Below are positions 19,173-29,052 of a stretch of 64,000 bases of DNA, piece after piece. The notes beneath the pieces were generated by a model that was given only the letters and a program-made list of their open reading frames with translations, was not told the origin of the DNA and made no database searches. The position numbers were made by a program, and so were the translations under genes. Numbering within the stretch: the first letter of the stretch is position 1; each line of letters begins with the position of its first letter. Source of the DNA: Promethearchaeota archaeon (GTDB taxonomy: Archaea; Asgardarchaeota; Lokiarchaeia; Sigyniarchaeales; SOKP01); assembly GCA_048939995.1 (NCBI GenBank), contig JBHLOY010000002.1, positions 256,001 to 320,000 on the forward strand, given 5' to 3'.

Positions 19173-20870
19173 TCATATATATACGGAATAAGCAGCAAGT
19201 TTATTTAAAGCATTATAATATACACCTTGTAGATCAGCTGAATGAACATAAATAATTTTTGAATGACAAACGAAACAATGAGGATAGAACCGATTAGCTA
19301 GGTACCACTGAATATTCTTGTAAATGATGTTTCTTGCTACATTATCTGTAGTTCTTATTGCAAGCTCCATCATGATATTTAATTTAGTGTCGTTAACTTG
19401 AGCAAAGTTAGCATAAGATGTGGGATTAAATAGTGGATCGAAAACAATAAAGGGGTCCTTATAATCTGGAAACCAACCCATCCAAAAAAGCCCTAATTCA
19501 TCTTGATCATAAAATAATTTTCTAAGATATGCACTCAATGGAACCCCATCATCTATTACTTGAACTCCTATAACAGAAAGAGAAGATTCCAGAAAATATA
19601 ATAGACCAAAGTTAACAGAACTACTTATATAATAAGTATAGTTAACTGTAAATAAAGTCGCATTTGACCACGTGATATCTAAAGGATCGTTGTTTAAGGG
19701 AAATCCCGAAGCAGCAGGGACATTATCAATTATAGTCTGCCGAGCTATCATTAAATCATAATCTGCAGCACTATTAGAGGCGTTATAGGATGCCCCATAG
19801 CCAGGGGAGATAGGACTATTAGCTCTTATGACTGTTCCTTGCATTAGTTCATTAATAATGTAGCTATAATTGATGGCATAAGATATAGCTTTTCTCCAAT
19901 AACTAGGGATGAGTATATTATTCATTCCAAGATATTGATATAATAATCCAGGAAGACCTATATCATCAGTAAAATGTTTAACAGTAATAGTAGGATCAGC
20001 TTCAAAAAATGGAAGATAAGAACTTGTAAACCCTCGTAACCAATGAATTTCATGATTTAGCATTGCATTATTTCGGATTGTAGGATCAGAAATAGATACC
20101 ATAAATAGTTCATAAAAATAAGCGGATCCTTGCCAATAATTATCAAAACGATCAAACCGCACTTCGAGATTTGGAATAAAATGTCCAAATGAAAAAGGCC
20201 CAGTTCCCACTACTACTCCAGATGGCATAGGGATATAATCATATGAAGGAGTAGAGTTAGGAGATACCATAGCACTAGAAATATGACATAATAAGTCTAA
20301 CAACGGAGCAAAAGGACTATTAAGATAAATAGTAACGTTATAAACTGTTTCAGCATCAATATGGTTTATGATGGGAGTGACTTCATCGGAGAAGTAATAT
20401 AAAGAGGCGGGTTCAGCCACAGTCATGCTACTGGGGAGAGTACCTGTGGCATTTGTTAAATATAATAACCTATCGAGATTCCATTTAGTAGCATTAGCAT
20501 TAAAAGTTGTAGAATCATGGAAAAAAATTCCTTCTCGAAGTTTAATATGAAGTATTGTTGCATTTTGCCACCACCAAGTTTCAGCAAGAAGAGGCATACG
20601 TGGCAAATTAAGATTAGATAGATTATAAGTAAATAAAGTTTCAACTACTTGCTCCAATACATTGCTAGACGATTGATCCCAACAATTAACTGGATCAAGT
20701 GTATAAGGACCAGATGACGTACCAACTACTAAAGAAGTAGGAAGTATGTTAATATATGGTCTAGGTAAATTTATTATATATATCACTAAGTTTCCAATTC
20801 CAGTTATAGCTAAGACTATAATAAGAATGCCTACTGCTATGTGTTTTTTGCCATTTTTTTTATTTCTCAT
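19173..20870 (-). CDS. ABC transporter solute-binding protein, family 5 (DppA/OppA-like), copy 1
   Basis: N-terminal TM anchor; LDP, ETLFTY, LAETW, KLREGIFFHD, VGTGPF, RKAISYAIN. Confidence 0.9.
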   Translation of the reverse strand: MRNKKNGKKHIAVGILIIVLAITGIGNLVIYIINLPRPYINILPTSLVVGTSSGPYTLDPVNCWDQSSSNVLEQVVETLFTYNLSNLNLPRMPLLAETWWWQNATILHIKLREGIFFHDSTTFNANATKWNLDRLLYLTNATGTLPSSMTVAEPASLYYFSDEVTPIINHIDAETVYNVTIYLNSPFAPLLDLLCHISSAMVSPNSTPSYDYIPMPSGVVVGTGPFSFGHFIPNLEVRFDRFDNYWQGSAYFYELFMVSISDPTIRNNAMLNHEIHWLRGFTSSYLPFFEADPTITVKHFTDDIGLPGLLYQYLGMNNILIPSYWRKAISYAINYSYIINELMQGTVIRANSPISPGYGASYNASNSAADYDLMIARQTIIDNVPAASGFPLNNDPLDITWSNATLFTVNYTYYISSSVNFGLLYFLESSLSVIGVQVIDDGVPLSAYLRKLFYDQDELGLFWMGWFPDYKDPFIVFDPLFNPTSYANFAQVNDTKLNIMMELAIRTTDNVARNIIYKNIQWYLANRFYPHCFVCHSKIIYVHSADLQGVYYNALNKLAAYSVYI

Positions 20871-20921
20871 TTCTTAGGAAAAAATATCTTGCAGATTTCA
20901 CAGTATTTTATCCTACTGATA

Positions 20922-20939
20922 CATTTAAACTTTTCATTT
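20922..20939 (-). promoter_or_regulatory. BRE/TATA promoter upstream of SBP copy 1 (degenerate repeat motif)
   Basis: Minus strand AAATGAAAAGTTTAAATG; flank GTATTTTATCCT resembles GTATTCTATCCT beside the motif at 29022. Confidence 0.5.
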
Positions 20940-21063
20940 AAAATAATAATCTTTCAATAAAATGATTTGAATTTATATTCTGTACGTCTGTTACAGTTTA
21001 TTGATCTATCAACACAATGTTTAAATATATTAATAATCGAATAAGAAGTTAAAAATTTGAGAC

Positions 21064-22749
21064 TTATACCCGATATATCGGATAGGCATAGAACTTACCA
21101 AAAGCATTATAAGGCACACCTCGTAGATCTGCTGAATGAACGTAATATATATTTGAATGGTAGAGAAAGATGTGAGGATATAGTCTATTGGATAAATACC
21201 ATTGAATATTTTTATAGATAATATTTCGAGCTGTATCATCTGTCGTTTCTAGAGCAAGTGTCATCATAACATTTAATTTTGTGTCATTCACTTGAGCAGC
21301 ATTAACTCTTGATATTGGGTTAAACAATGAATCAAGCTCATAAAATGGATCTTTATAATTGCGTATGCTTGGGTATATCAAAAAAAATAGACCTAATTCA
21401 TCGTGATCACTTGATAACTTTCTTAAAAATTCACTCCATGATACTTCATTAGTAATTACTTGTATTCCTATTGCAGGAAGCCAATTATTCAAAACTATTC
21501 CAATTTCCTCATATATTGCAGAACCAACATGGGTATAATTAAATGAAATAAGAGGGTTTGTTAACCAATAAATGTCATTAATATCTGAATTTATTGGGTA
21601 TCCTATAGCGATACCTGCATCAACCAAGGTTTGTCGAGCAGTTATTAAATCAAAATCTGCAGCTGAATTGGATTGATTAAAAGCAGCCCCATAACCTGGA
21701 GAGATTGGACTATTAGCTCTAATATAGGAGTTATTCTGCAGTATTTCTATTATATATGTGTAGTTAATCGCATAAGAAATTGCTTTTCTCCATGTTACAT
21801 TAATTAATTCATTATTCATACCTAGGGAAGCAAAACTAAGATCTGAAATACCATAGGTTTCAGTAAATTTTTCATAATGAATTGTAGGATTTCCTTCAAA
21901 AGTAGGGAACATACCAGTTAGAGCTCCACTTAACCAATCAATTGAATTATTTAACATTGCGTTATTTCGGTTCATATCATCAGAAATGATAGTCATAAAT
22001 AGATTTTCAAAAAAGGCTGGTTCTTTCCAATATGATTCAAAACGTCCCAATCTAATTTCGACATCTGGAACATAAAATTCATAAACAAAAGGACCAGTCC
22101 CCACAATTCTTCCAGATGTAAGATCAATATAATCATCAACTGGAGTAGCATTGGTAGATAACATAGCACCTGCAGTATAACACAATAAATCTAAGAAGGG
22201 GGCAAATGCATTATTAAGATAGATTGTTACATTATATGCATAGTCAGAGACAACGCTGTTTATGATAGGGGTCACTCCATCAGAGAAATAATACAAAGAA
22301 GCGGGTGCTCCTACCTCTATACTACTTGGTAAAGTCCCTGTGCAATTGAATAAATATAACATTCTATCTAAGTTCCATTTAGTAGCATTCGCGTCAAACG
22401 GTGTGAGATCCTGAAACGTAATATCTTCTCTTAGTTTAATGTGAAGTGTTGTTGTATTTTCCCACCAATAACTTTCAGCTAGGTGAGGGACTCGTGGTAA
22501 ACTGTGATCCAAAAGATTGTATGTAAAAAGCGTTTCCACAACTTGTTCAATGACTAAATTAGATGATGAATCAAATGAGTTCACAGGATCAAGCACTTGT
22601 GGTGGTGATGAAAGCCCAACTATAAGGGTTCTAGATACAGGTACTCTAAGCCTTGCGTTTGGTAATCCAATTATAATATTAATAACTCCAAAACTAACCA
22701 TTACAACTGCCAATACAAGAATGGCAATATTTTTCTTTTTATAACCCAT
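21064..22749 (-). CDS. ABC transporter solute-binding protein, family 5, copy 2
   Basis: Same motifs as copy 1 (VLDP, ETLFTY, LAESYWW, VGTGPF, WRKAISYAINY). Confidence 0.9.
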   Translation of the reverse strand: MGYKKKNIAILVLAVVMVSFGVINIIIGLPNARLRVPVSRTLIVGLSSPPQVLDPVNSFDSSSNLVIEQVVETLFTYNLLDHSLPRVPHLAESYWWENTTTLHIKLREDITFQDLTPFDANATKWNLDRMLYLFNCTGTLPSSIEVGAPASLYYFSDGVTPIINSVVSDYAYNVTIYLNNAFAPFLDLLCYTAGAMLSTNATPVDDYIDLTSGRIVGTGPFVYEFYVPDVEIRLGRFESYWKEPAFFENLFMTIISDDMNRNNAMLNNSIDWLSGALTGMFPTFEGNPTIHYEKFTETYGISDLSFASLGMNNELINVTWRKAISYAINYTYIIEILQNNSYIRANSPISPGYGAAFNQSNSAADFDLITARQTLVDAGIAIGYPINSDINDIYWLTNPLISFNYTHVGSAIYEEIGIVLNNWLPAIGIQVITNEVSWSEFLRKLSSDHDELGLFFLIYPSIRNYKDPFYELDSLFNPISRVNAAQVNDTKLNVMMTLALETTDDTARNIIYKNIQWYLSNRLYPHIFLYHSNIYYVHSADLRGVPYNAFGKFYAYPIYRV

Positions 22750-22819
22750 TTAATAATATTTTCTCCTAAGTTAATGTTTTTTAGATTAATTATAGTTAAA
22801 AAAGTATGTTCTATGAAGA

Positions 22820-22841
22820 CATATAAAGTTTTTGTCAATTT
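22820..22841 (-). promoter_or_regulatory. BRE/TATA promoter with upstream TGACA, before SBP copy 2
   Basis: Minus strand AAATTGACAAAAACTTTATATG; near-identical at 25213 and 29022. Confidence 0.65.
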
Positions 22842-22894
22842 ATCTAACCCAAAAAAATTTAATTATTTCATAAACTGTTCAAGATTTCTAAAGG

Positions 22895-24601
22895 TCAATC
22901 CCTATATGTTGGATATACATATAACTTTCCCATAAAATTGTAAGGAACGTTCCTTATATTAGCTGAATGAACAAATACTATCTTTGGGTGAAATCCAAAG
23001 CAATGTGGGTATAATCTATTAGCCAGATACCATTGAATATTTTTATAGAGGGTATTTCTTGCAGTATTATCTGTTGTTTGGAAAGCAAGATTCATCATAG
23101 TATTTAGTTTTGAGTCATTTACTTGAACAGAATTTAGGTAGGAGATAGGATTAAAGAGTGAATTGAGCATATTAAAGGGTTCAAGAATTTGATTTGATTT
23201 CCAATCAAGCCAAAAAAGCCCTAATTTATTATGATCACCTATGATTCTCCTATTAAATTCACTCTTTGGTAGTTCATCATCTATTAATTGTATCCCTATT
23301 GCTGGAAGCGTAGAATTTAATTGATTACAAATATCATCTCTAAAGGAATTTCCACTATCATAAGTATAGTTAACTATAAATAAAGTGCTTCCTAACCAGG
23401 TGGCATCAATTGGATCAGCATTCACTGGGAACCCGGAAGCTGCAGGGACATTATCGACAATTATTTGGCGAGCAACTTGCAAATCATAATCTGGTGCTGA
23501 GTTGGATGCATTCCATGCTGACCCATATCCAAGAGATATCGGACTATTAGCTCTAACCGCTAAATCCAACATTAAATCTTCAATAATATATGTGTAATTA
23601 ATAGTGTAAGAGATTGCTTTTCTCCAATAAATAGGAATTTCAATTGTATTCATACCGAGGTAATAGTAATCCAAACCAGGAATACCATAGCTATCAGTAA
23701 ATTTCATAGCTGTAATCGTAGGGTCTGCTTCAAATGTGGGAATTAATTCAGGGATAAATCCATCGAGCCAATCAATTTCATGTCCTAACATTGCATTGTT
23801 CCTAGTCGTAGGGTTATTAATGAAAGCTATAATCACATCTGAGAACCAAGGGGCTCCTCCCCAATTATAATCAAAACGAGCTAGACGAACTTCAACATTA
23901 GGAACATAATGCTCAAAAATAAACGGTCCTGTTCCCACAATTGTTCCATATATAAGAGATATATAATTATCTTCTGGAGTTGAGCTTGGAGAAAGTATGG
24001 AACTTGATGGATGACATAATATGTCCAAAAAAGGGGCATAATACCCATTAAGATAAATAGTTACATTATAGGCACCATCAGAATCTACATGATTTATGAT
24101 AGGAGTTTCCCCATCTGGAAAGAAGTATAATGATGCTGACTTTGCTGTATATTTTGTGCCGGGTAGAGTCTCTGTACAATTAGTCAAGTATAACAATCTA
24201 TCAATGTTCCATTTAGTAGCATTTGCATTAAAATCAGTAAAATCATGGAATATAATATTTTCCCGAAGTTTTATATGAAGTGTTGTTGTGTTTTCCCACC
24301 AATAGCTCTCCACTAATTTTGGGATACGTGGTAAAGATTGATTGGAAAAATCGTAAGTAAAGAGTGTTTCAGCTAATTGTTCGATCACAAAATTAGAATT
24401 TCTGTCTGTTGAATTTAATGGATCAAGAGTAGAAGGAGGATTCGGATACCCTATGACGAGAGTCCCTGATGGCTGAGGAAGTGGAAAAGGATAAGTCCTA
24501 GGTTGATTAATTATGATTAAATAACCAAAGAAGGCTATATTTAGAATTATTCCTATGATTATGATACTATTAAGTAATTTATCCTTTTCTTTTCCTCTCA
24601 A
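22895..24601 (-). CDS. ABC transporter solute-binding protein, family 5, copy 3
   Basis: Same family motifs; paralog of the neighbouring copies. Confidence 0.9.
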   Translation of the reverse strand: MRGKEKDKLLNSIIIIGIILNIAFFGYLIIINQPRTYPFPLPQPSGTLVIGYPNPPSTLDPLNSTDRNSNFVIEQLAETLFTYDFSNQSLPRIPKLVESYWWENTTTLHIKLRENIIFHDFTDFNANATKWNIDRLLYLTNCTETLPGTKYTAKSASLYFFPDGETPIINHVDSDGAYNVTIYLNGYYAPFLDILCHPSSSILSPSSTPEDNYISLIYGTIVGTGPFIFEHYVPNVEVRLARFDYNWGGAPWFSDVIIAFINNPTTRNNAMLGHEIDWLDGFIPELIPTFEADPTITAMKFTDSYGIPGLDYYYLGMNTIEIPIYWRKAISYTINYTYIIEDLMLDLAVRANSPISLGYGSAWNASNSAPDYDLQVARQIIVDNVPAASGFPVNADPIDATWLGSTLFIVNYTYDSGNSFRDDICNQLNSTLPAIGIQLIDDELPKSEFNRRIIGDHNKLGLFWLDWKSNQILEPFNMLNSLFNPISYLNSVQVNDSKLNTMMNLAFQTTDNTARNTLYKNIQWYLANRLYPHCFGFHPKIVFVHSANIRNVPYNFMGKLYVYPTYRD

Positions 24602-24634
24602 TATCTATTTTCCTCTAATATAAGAAATTATTTT

Positions 24635-25192
24635 TTAAATAAAATATAATGCTTGAAAAGGAAATATCCACAAGCTGATGCCTATACCTAATATGAAAGT
24701 AGCAAAATTCGCCTCTAATATGCTTAAACCAGTTACTTTTGCAGGGATTGGAGATCGAAAATAACCTCTACTTAAAAATTGTTTAAATATCTTCAATAAT
24801 AATAAGAATTCTAAGATAACTGGAATTAATTCAATTATGAAATAAAAAATAAACGATGTCTGTATAAATGTGATGGCAACCATTTGCGTTAGTGGATAAG
24901 TAAGTAAATTAACGGACACAACTGCCTTACGCAGCTTTGATTTCAATAAATTCTCTGATACAATTGTCTTACGCAATTTTGATCTCTTTGTATTATCATT
25001 TTTTAGAAAATGATAAATAATATTAAACTCTATTACGTAGGTTAAATAAAAGAGTATAGTATAAAGGTGAAATACAGCTCCCGGATGAATTGAATAAACA
25101 GGAATTGGATTTCCCCAAGCGAGAGGAATATTTATTAAGAAGACCCCTAAACAAAGCAAAAAGAGTTGTATAATCCGTTTAATCTTCATCAT
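24635..25192 (-). CDS. Membrane protein (signal-like N-terminus, NPIP motif) with internal 14-aa duplication
   Basis: Start reassigned to ATG at 25192 (MMKIKR...) because the track start at 25231 lies inside the promoter motif; several TMs; SKLRKTIVSENLL / SKLRKAVVSVNLL. Confidence 0.7.
   Translation of the reverse strand: MMKIKRIIQLFLLCLGVFLINIPLAWGNPIPVYSIHPGAVFHLYTILFYLTYVIEFNIIYHFLKNDNTKRSKLRKTIVSENLLKSKLRKAVVSVNLLTYPLTQMVAITFIQTSFIFYFIIELIPVILEFLLLLKIFKQFLSRGYFRSPIPAKVTGLSILEANFATFILGIGISLWIFPFQALYFI
24902..24983. repeat. Imperfect in-frame 42-bp tandem duplication
   Basis: aagtaaattaacggacacaactgccttacgcagctttgat vs caataaattctctgatacaattgtcttacgcaattttgat, offset 42 nt. Confidence 0.7.
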
Positions 25193-25470
25193 AGATCTGT
25201 TTTTTGTGTAACCATATAAAGTTTTTGACATTTAATTCTAAAAATCAAATATGTACCCATATAGAGTGGGGGGTTTATTGAGTCTTTAATTTTGCTACCT
25301 TCTAAGAATATATAGATGATTTTAAACTCTATTAAATAAGTGATATAAAAGAATATTGTATAAAATGTAACCCCTAGAAATCCTAGATAAATTGGATAAA
25401 CTATAGATGATGCAGTTAATGCAATAATTATTCCTACAATAAAAATACATTTCTTATCTTCTTTTAGCAT
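25189..25470 (-). pseudogene. Chimeric/truncated gene: SBP-type membrane anchor fused to a segment of the NPIP membrane protein
   Basis: KKCIFIVGIIIALTAS resembles SBP KKNIIIVGLAIALAAS; YTIFFYITYLIEFKIIYIFL resembles YTILFYLTYVIEFNIIYHFL of the next gene; the tail reads through that gene's promoter. Confidence 0.55.
25213..25233 (-). promoter_or_regulatory. BRE/TATA promoter with upstream TGTCA, probably giving a leaderless transcript
   Basis: Minus strand AAATGTCAAAAACTTTATATG; TTTATAT lies 22-28 nt upstream of ATG 25192. Confidence 0.65.
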
Positions 25471-25507
25471 TTGACTATAACATCTTATAATCTAATTGAA
25501 AATTCAC

Positions 25508-27214
25508 TTATACCCTATATACTGGATAGACGTAAACCTTGTTCAAAGCATTATACTGAACCCCATGTAAATCTGCTTTATGAACATAAATCATTTTTGA
25601 ATGATATCCGAAACATTGCGGGAATAGCCGATTAGACAGGTACCATTGGATATTTTTATAAATAGTATTTCTTGCAGTATCATCTGTCGTTTGCAAAGCC
25701 AGATTCAACAAATTATTCAATTTTGTGTCATTCACTTGAACAGAGTTAGCGTATGATGTAGGATTAAATATTAGATCAAGCATATTAAATGGATCCTTAT
25801 AATCTGGAGCCCAACCCACCCAAAAAAGATGAAATTCATCCTGGTCTTCAAATAACTTTCTTAAGAATGCAGCCCAAATGACTCCGTCGTCAATTACTTG
25901 TATACCTATTGCTGGAAGCCAAACTTCCAATGCATCATATATATCTTCTCTGATTGAATTGCCTATATTATAAGTATAATTCAATGAAATAAGAGGGTTA
26001 GTTAACCAATAAGGATCACTAAGATTTGCGTTTATTGGGTATCCTACAGCAATACCCGCATCCACCAAAATCTGTCTAGCGATGATTAAATCATAATCTG
26101 CTGCACCAATAGAAGCGTTATAAGCATCCCCAAAACCGGGTGAGATTGGTGAATTTGCTCTAACTACAAAGTCATTAAGTAATTCTTCTATAATATAAGT
26201 GTAATTAATCGCATAGGATATTGCTTTTCTCCAAGGGAGACTGATGTGTTTATTATTCATACCAAGATATTGATAATCTAATCTCGGGAGACCATAAATA
26301 TCAGTGAATTTCATTACAGTTGCATAATCATATGTTTCAATTGTAGAAATGTCATATGTTAGGAAATTTGTGGGCCAGTCAACATCATAATCTATTATAT
26401 ATGGACATCTCCATGTTGGGTCATAAAAAACGACAATTATTTCTTTGAAAAAAGGTTCTTCTTGCCAATATAGACGAAAAGAATCCAGTCTTAATTCAGC
26501 TACATAACTTTTATAACGAGGTAAGAAATATTTATATATAAAAGGACCAGTTCCCACAATTCTTTCATATTTCGGTTCAATATAAGAATTATCTCGAGTA
26601 GAATAGGGAGATACCATAGCAGAAGATATATGGCATAATAAGTCTAAAAAAGGAGCATAAGAACCATTGAGAAAGATAGTTACGTTGTACTCTCTATTAG
26701 AATCGACATGATTTATGATTGGAGTTACCCCATCAGGCATAAAATATAACGAAGCATATTCACCGAGACTTATGGTGCTTGGAAGTAAGCTCGTACAATT
26801 AGAAAGATATAGTATTCTGTCGAAATTCCATTTCGTTGTATTTGCATTAAAAGCGGTTAGATCATGGAATAAAATGCCTTCTCTAAGTTTTATATGAAGC
26901 GTGGTTGCATTTTCCCACCAATAACTCTCTGCTAAATGTGGAATTCGTGGTAAACTAAGGCTGGAAAGATTATATGTAAAAAGGGTTTCAACTACTTGTT
27001 CTAGAAAAAGTTTCGATGCAAAATCCACAGCATTTAAGGGATCAAGAATGAGGGTAGCTGGGTTAGCACTGAGAACCAATGGTTTGTTAGGAGTAATTTC
27101 TGGTTGAAGTTGCCGAGTAGCAAGTAGTACATTACCTACTCCCGATGCTGCTAATGCAATAGCAAGCCCAACAATAATAATATTTTTTTTTTCAAATATT
27201 CCTACTTTCCGCAA
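25508..27214 (-). CDS. ABC transporter solute-binding protein, family 5, copy 4
   Basis: Same family motifs; TTG start. Confidence 0.9.
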   Translation of the reverse strand: MRKVGIFEKKNIIIVGLAIALAASGVGNVLLATRQLQPEITPNKPLVLSANPATLILDPLNAVDFASKLFLEQVVETLFTYNLSSLSLPRIPHLAESYWWENATTLHIKLREGILFHDLTAFNANTTKWNFDRILYLSNCTSLLPSTISLGEYASLYFMPDGVTPIINHVDSNREYNVTIFLNGSYAPFLDLLCHISSAMVSPYSTRDNSYIEPKYERIVGTGPFIYKYFLPRYKSYVAELRLDSFRLYWQEEPFFKEIIVVFYDPTWRCPYIIDYDVDWPTNFLTYDISTIETYDYATVMKFTDIYGLPRLDYQYLGMNNKHISLPWRKAISYAINYTYIIEELLNDFVVRANSPISPGFGDAYNASIGAADYDLIIARQILVDAGIAVGYPINANLSDPYWLTNPLISLNYTYNIGNSIREDIYDALEVWLPAIGIQVIDDGVIWAAFLRKLFEDQDEFHLFWVGWAPDYKDPFNMLDLIFNPTSYANSVQVNDTKLNNLLNLALQTTDDTARNTIYKNIQWYLSNRLFPQCFGYHSKMIYVHKADLHGVQYNALNKVYVYPVYRV

Positions 27215-27251
27215 TTAACTAAGCCTTCTTTTAATCTAATTAAAATTTTTC

Positions 27252-28946
27252 TTATACCCTGTATACAGGATAAGCGTAAAACCTAGTTAGAGCATTATAC
27301 GGTATCCCATGTAAATCTACTTTATGGATATAAAAGATTTTTGGATGATATCCGAAGCATTGCGGGAATAGTCGATTGGATAAATACCATTGTATATTTT
27401 TATAAATAATGTTCCTCGCAGTATCATCTGTCGTCTGTAAGGCAAGTACCAGCATAGCATTTAATTTAGTATCATTCACTTGAGCAGAGTTAGCATATGA
27501 TGTTGGATTAAATAATTGATCAAGCATAGTAAAGGGATCCTTATAGTCCGGACCCCACCCTACCCAAAAGAGATGCAGTTCGTCCTGGGTTTCAAATAGC
27601 TTTTTAAGATAAGCACTCCAAGTTACTCCATCATCTATTACTTGTATTCCTATTGCCGGAAGCCAAGTTAACAACGCGTCATATATATCTTCTCTGAAAG
27701 AGTTTCCAATATTGTAGGTATAATTCAATGAAATAAGAGGGTTAGATAACCAATAGATATCATTAGGATCAGAGTTTATTGGATATCCTGCAGCAATACC
27801 TGCGCCAACTAAAGTTTGTCTTGCCATGTTTAAATCAAAATTCGCGGCATTAACAGATGCATTGTGAGAATCCCCAAAACTAGGTGATATAGGGGAATTC
27901 GCTCGCACCCCCAAGTTGTTCATTAATTCTTCAATAATGAAAGAGTAATTAATCGCATAGGATATTGCTTTTCTCCATGTGACATTGATTTTTTTATTAT
28001 TCATACCAAGGTAGTAATATATTAATCCAGGAAGATTATAATTGTCAGTAAAATGTTCTACGTGAATTGCGGGATCTTCATCAAAAGTTGAAATTAATGA
28101 AGGTATAAGACTAGTTAGCCAGTCGATTTCATATTTTGGTGGAGTACCACCACAATTACGAGTTGTATAACATCTAATCCAATAAGGATAAGCATATAGA
28201 ATTATTTCTTCGAGGAATGGCGCCCCTTGCCAATAGGATTCAAAACCCCTAAGTTTCACTTCAATATTAGGAACGTAGTATTCATATATAAATGGACCAG
28301 TTCCAATAAGTCTTCCATAAGTACGAGAAATGAAATCATCATCTGGAGTGGATGTGGGAGATAACATTGCGCTAGCTATGTAGCATAAAAGATCTAAGAA
28401 AGGAGCAAAAGGGGCATTTAGAGTGATCGTTACATTATAAGTACCATCAGAAACGACATTATTTATGATAGGAGTCACTCCGTCGGAGAAAAAATATAGT
28501 AAAGAAGGGTCTCCAGGAACCATTGTGTCTGGGAGGATTCCAGTACAATTAGTTAGATATAATAATCTATCTAAGTTCCATTTTGTAGCATTTGCATTAA
28601 AAGGAGTTAAATCATGGAAAAAAATTCCTTCTCTAACCTTTATGTGAAGAATAGTATCAGATTCCCACCAATAACTTTCAGCAAGGAGAGGAACACGTGG
28701 TAAAGCATGATCCGAAAGATCATAAGTAAAAAGTGTTTCAACAACTTGGTCAAATACTCTTAGAGATGCATATTCCAAACAATTTACTGGATCAAGAACA
28801 TAAAGACTTGGATCTGGACCTATCACGAGCCTTTTATTAAGAGGGAGTTCTCCTTGATATGGGGTAGATACAAGTATCACATTTCCTACTCCAGATGCAG
28901 CTAACGCGATAACCAATCCGATAATGATGATATTTTTCTTTTCCAT
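27252..28946 (-). CDS. ABC transporter solute-binding protein, family 5, copy 5
   Basis: Same family motifs; closest to copy 4 in the C-terminal third. Confidence 0.9.
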   Translation of the reverse strand: MEKKNIIIIGLVIALAASGVGNVILVSTPYQGELPLNKRLVIGPDPSLYVLDPVNCLEYASLRVFDQVVETLFTYDLSDHALPRVPLLAESYWWESDTILHIKVREGIFFHDLTPFNANATKWNLDRLLYLTNCTGILPDTMVPGDPSLLYFFSDGVTPIINNVVSDGTYNVTITLNAPFAPFLDLLCYIASAMLSPTSTPDDDFISRTYGRLIGTGPFIYEYYVPNIEVKLRGFESYWQGAPFLEEIILYAYPYWIRCYTTRNCGGTPPKYEIDWLTSLIPSLISTFDEDPAIHVEHFTDNYNLPGLIYYYLGMNNKKINVTWRKAISYAINYSFIIEELMNNLGVRANSPISPSFGDSHNASVNAANFDLNMARQTLVGAGIAAGYPINSDPNDIYWLSNPLISLNYTYNIGNSFREDIYDALLTWLPAIGIQVIDDGVTWSAYLKKLFETQDELHLFWVGWGPDYKDPFTMLDQLFNPTSYANSAQVNDTKLNAMLVLALQTTDDTARNIIYKNIQWYLSNRLFPQCFGYHPKIFYIHKVDLHGIPYNALTRFYAYPVYRV

Positions 28947-29021
28947 TAAAACTCGACAAATAATTTAAGAGCTGGATTTTTAATTTTCCGATTTCAACAT
29001 GGTATTCTATCCTCTGGAAAA

Positions 29022-29043
29022 ATATAAACTTTTTGACAATTTT
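29022..29043 (-). promoter_or_regulatory. BRE/TATA promoter with upstream TGTCA, before SBP copy 5
   Basis: Minus strand AAAATTGTCAAAAAGTTTATAT. Confidence 0.65.
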
Positions 29044-29052
29044 TTCAAACTG

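Noticed and set aside
19173-28946. Diversity-generating retroelement or CRISPR explanation for the repeats
   Set aside because: No reverse transcriptase, no TR/VR pair differing only at adenines, no repeat-spacer periodicity; the similarity is ordinary gene paralogy.
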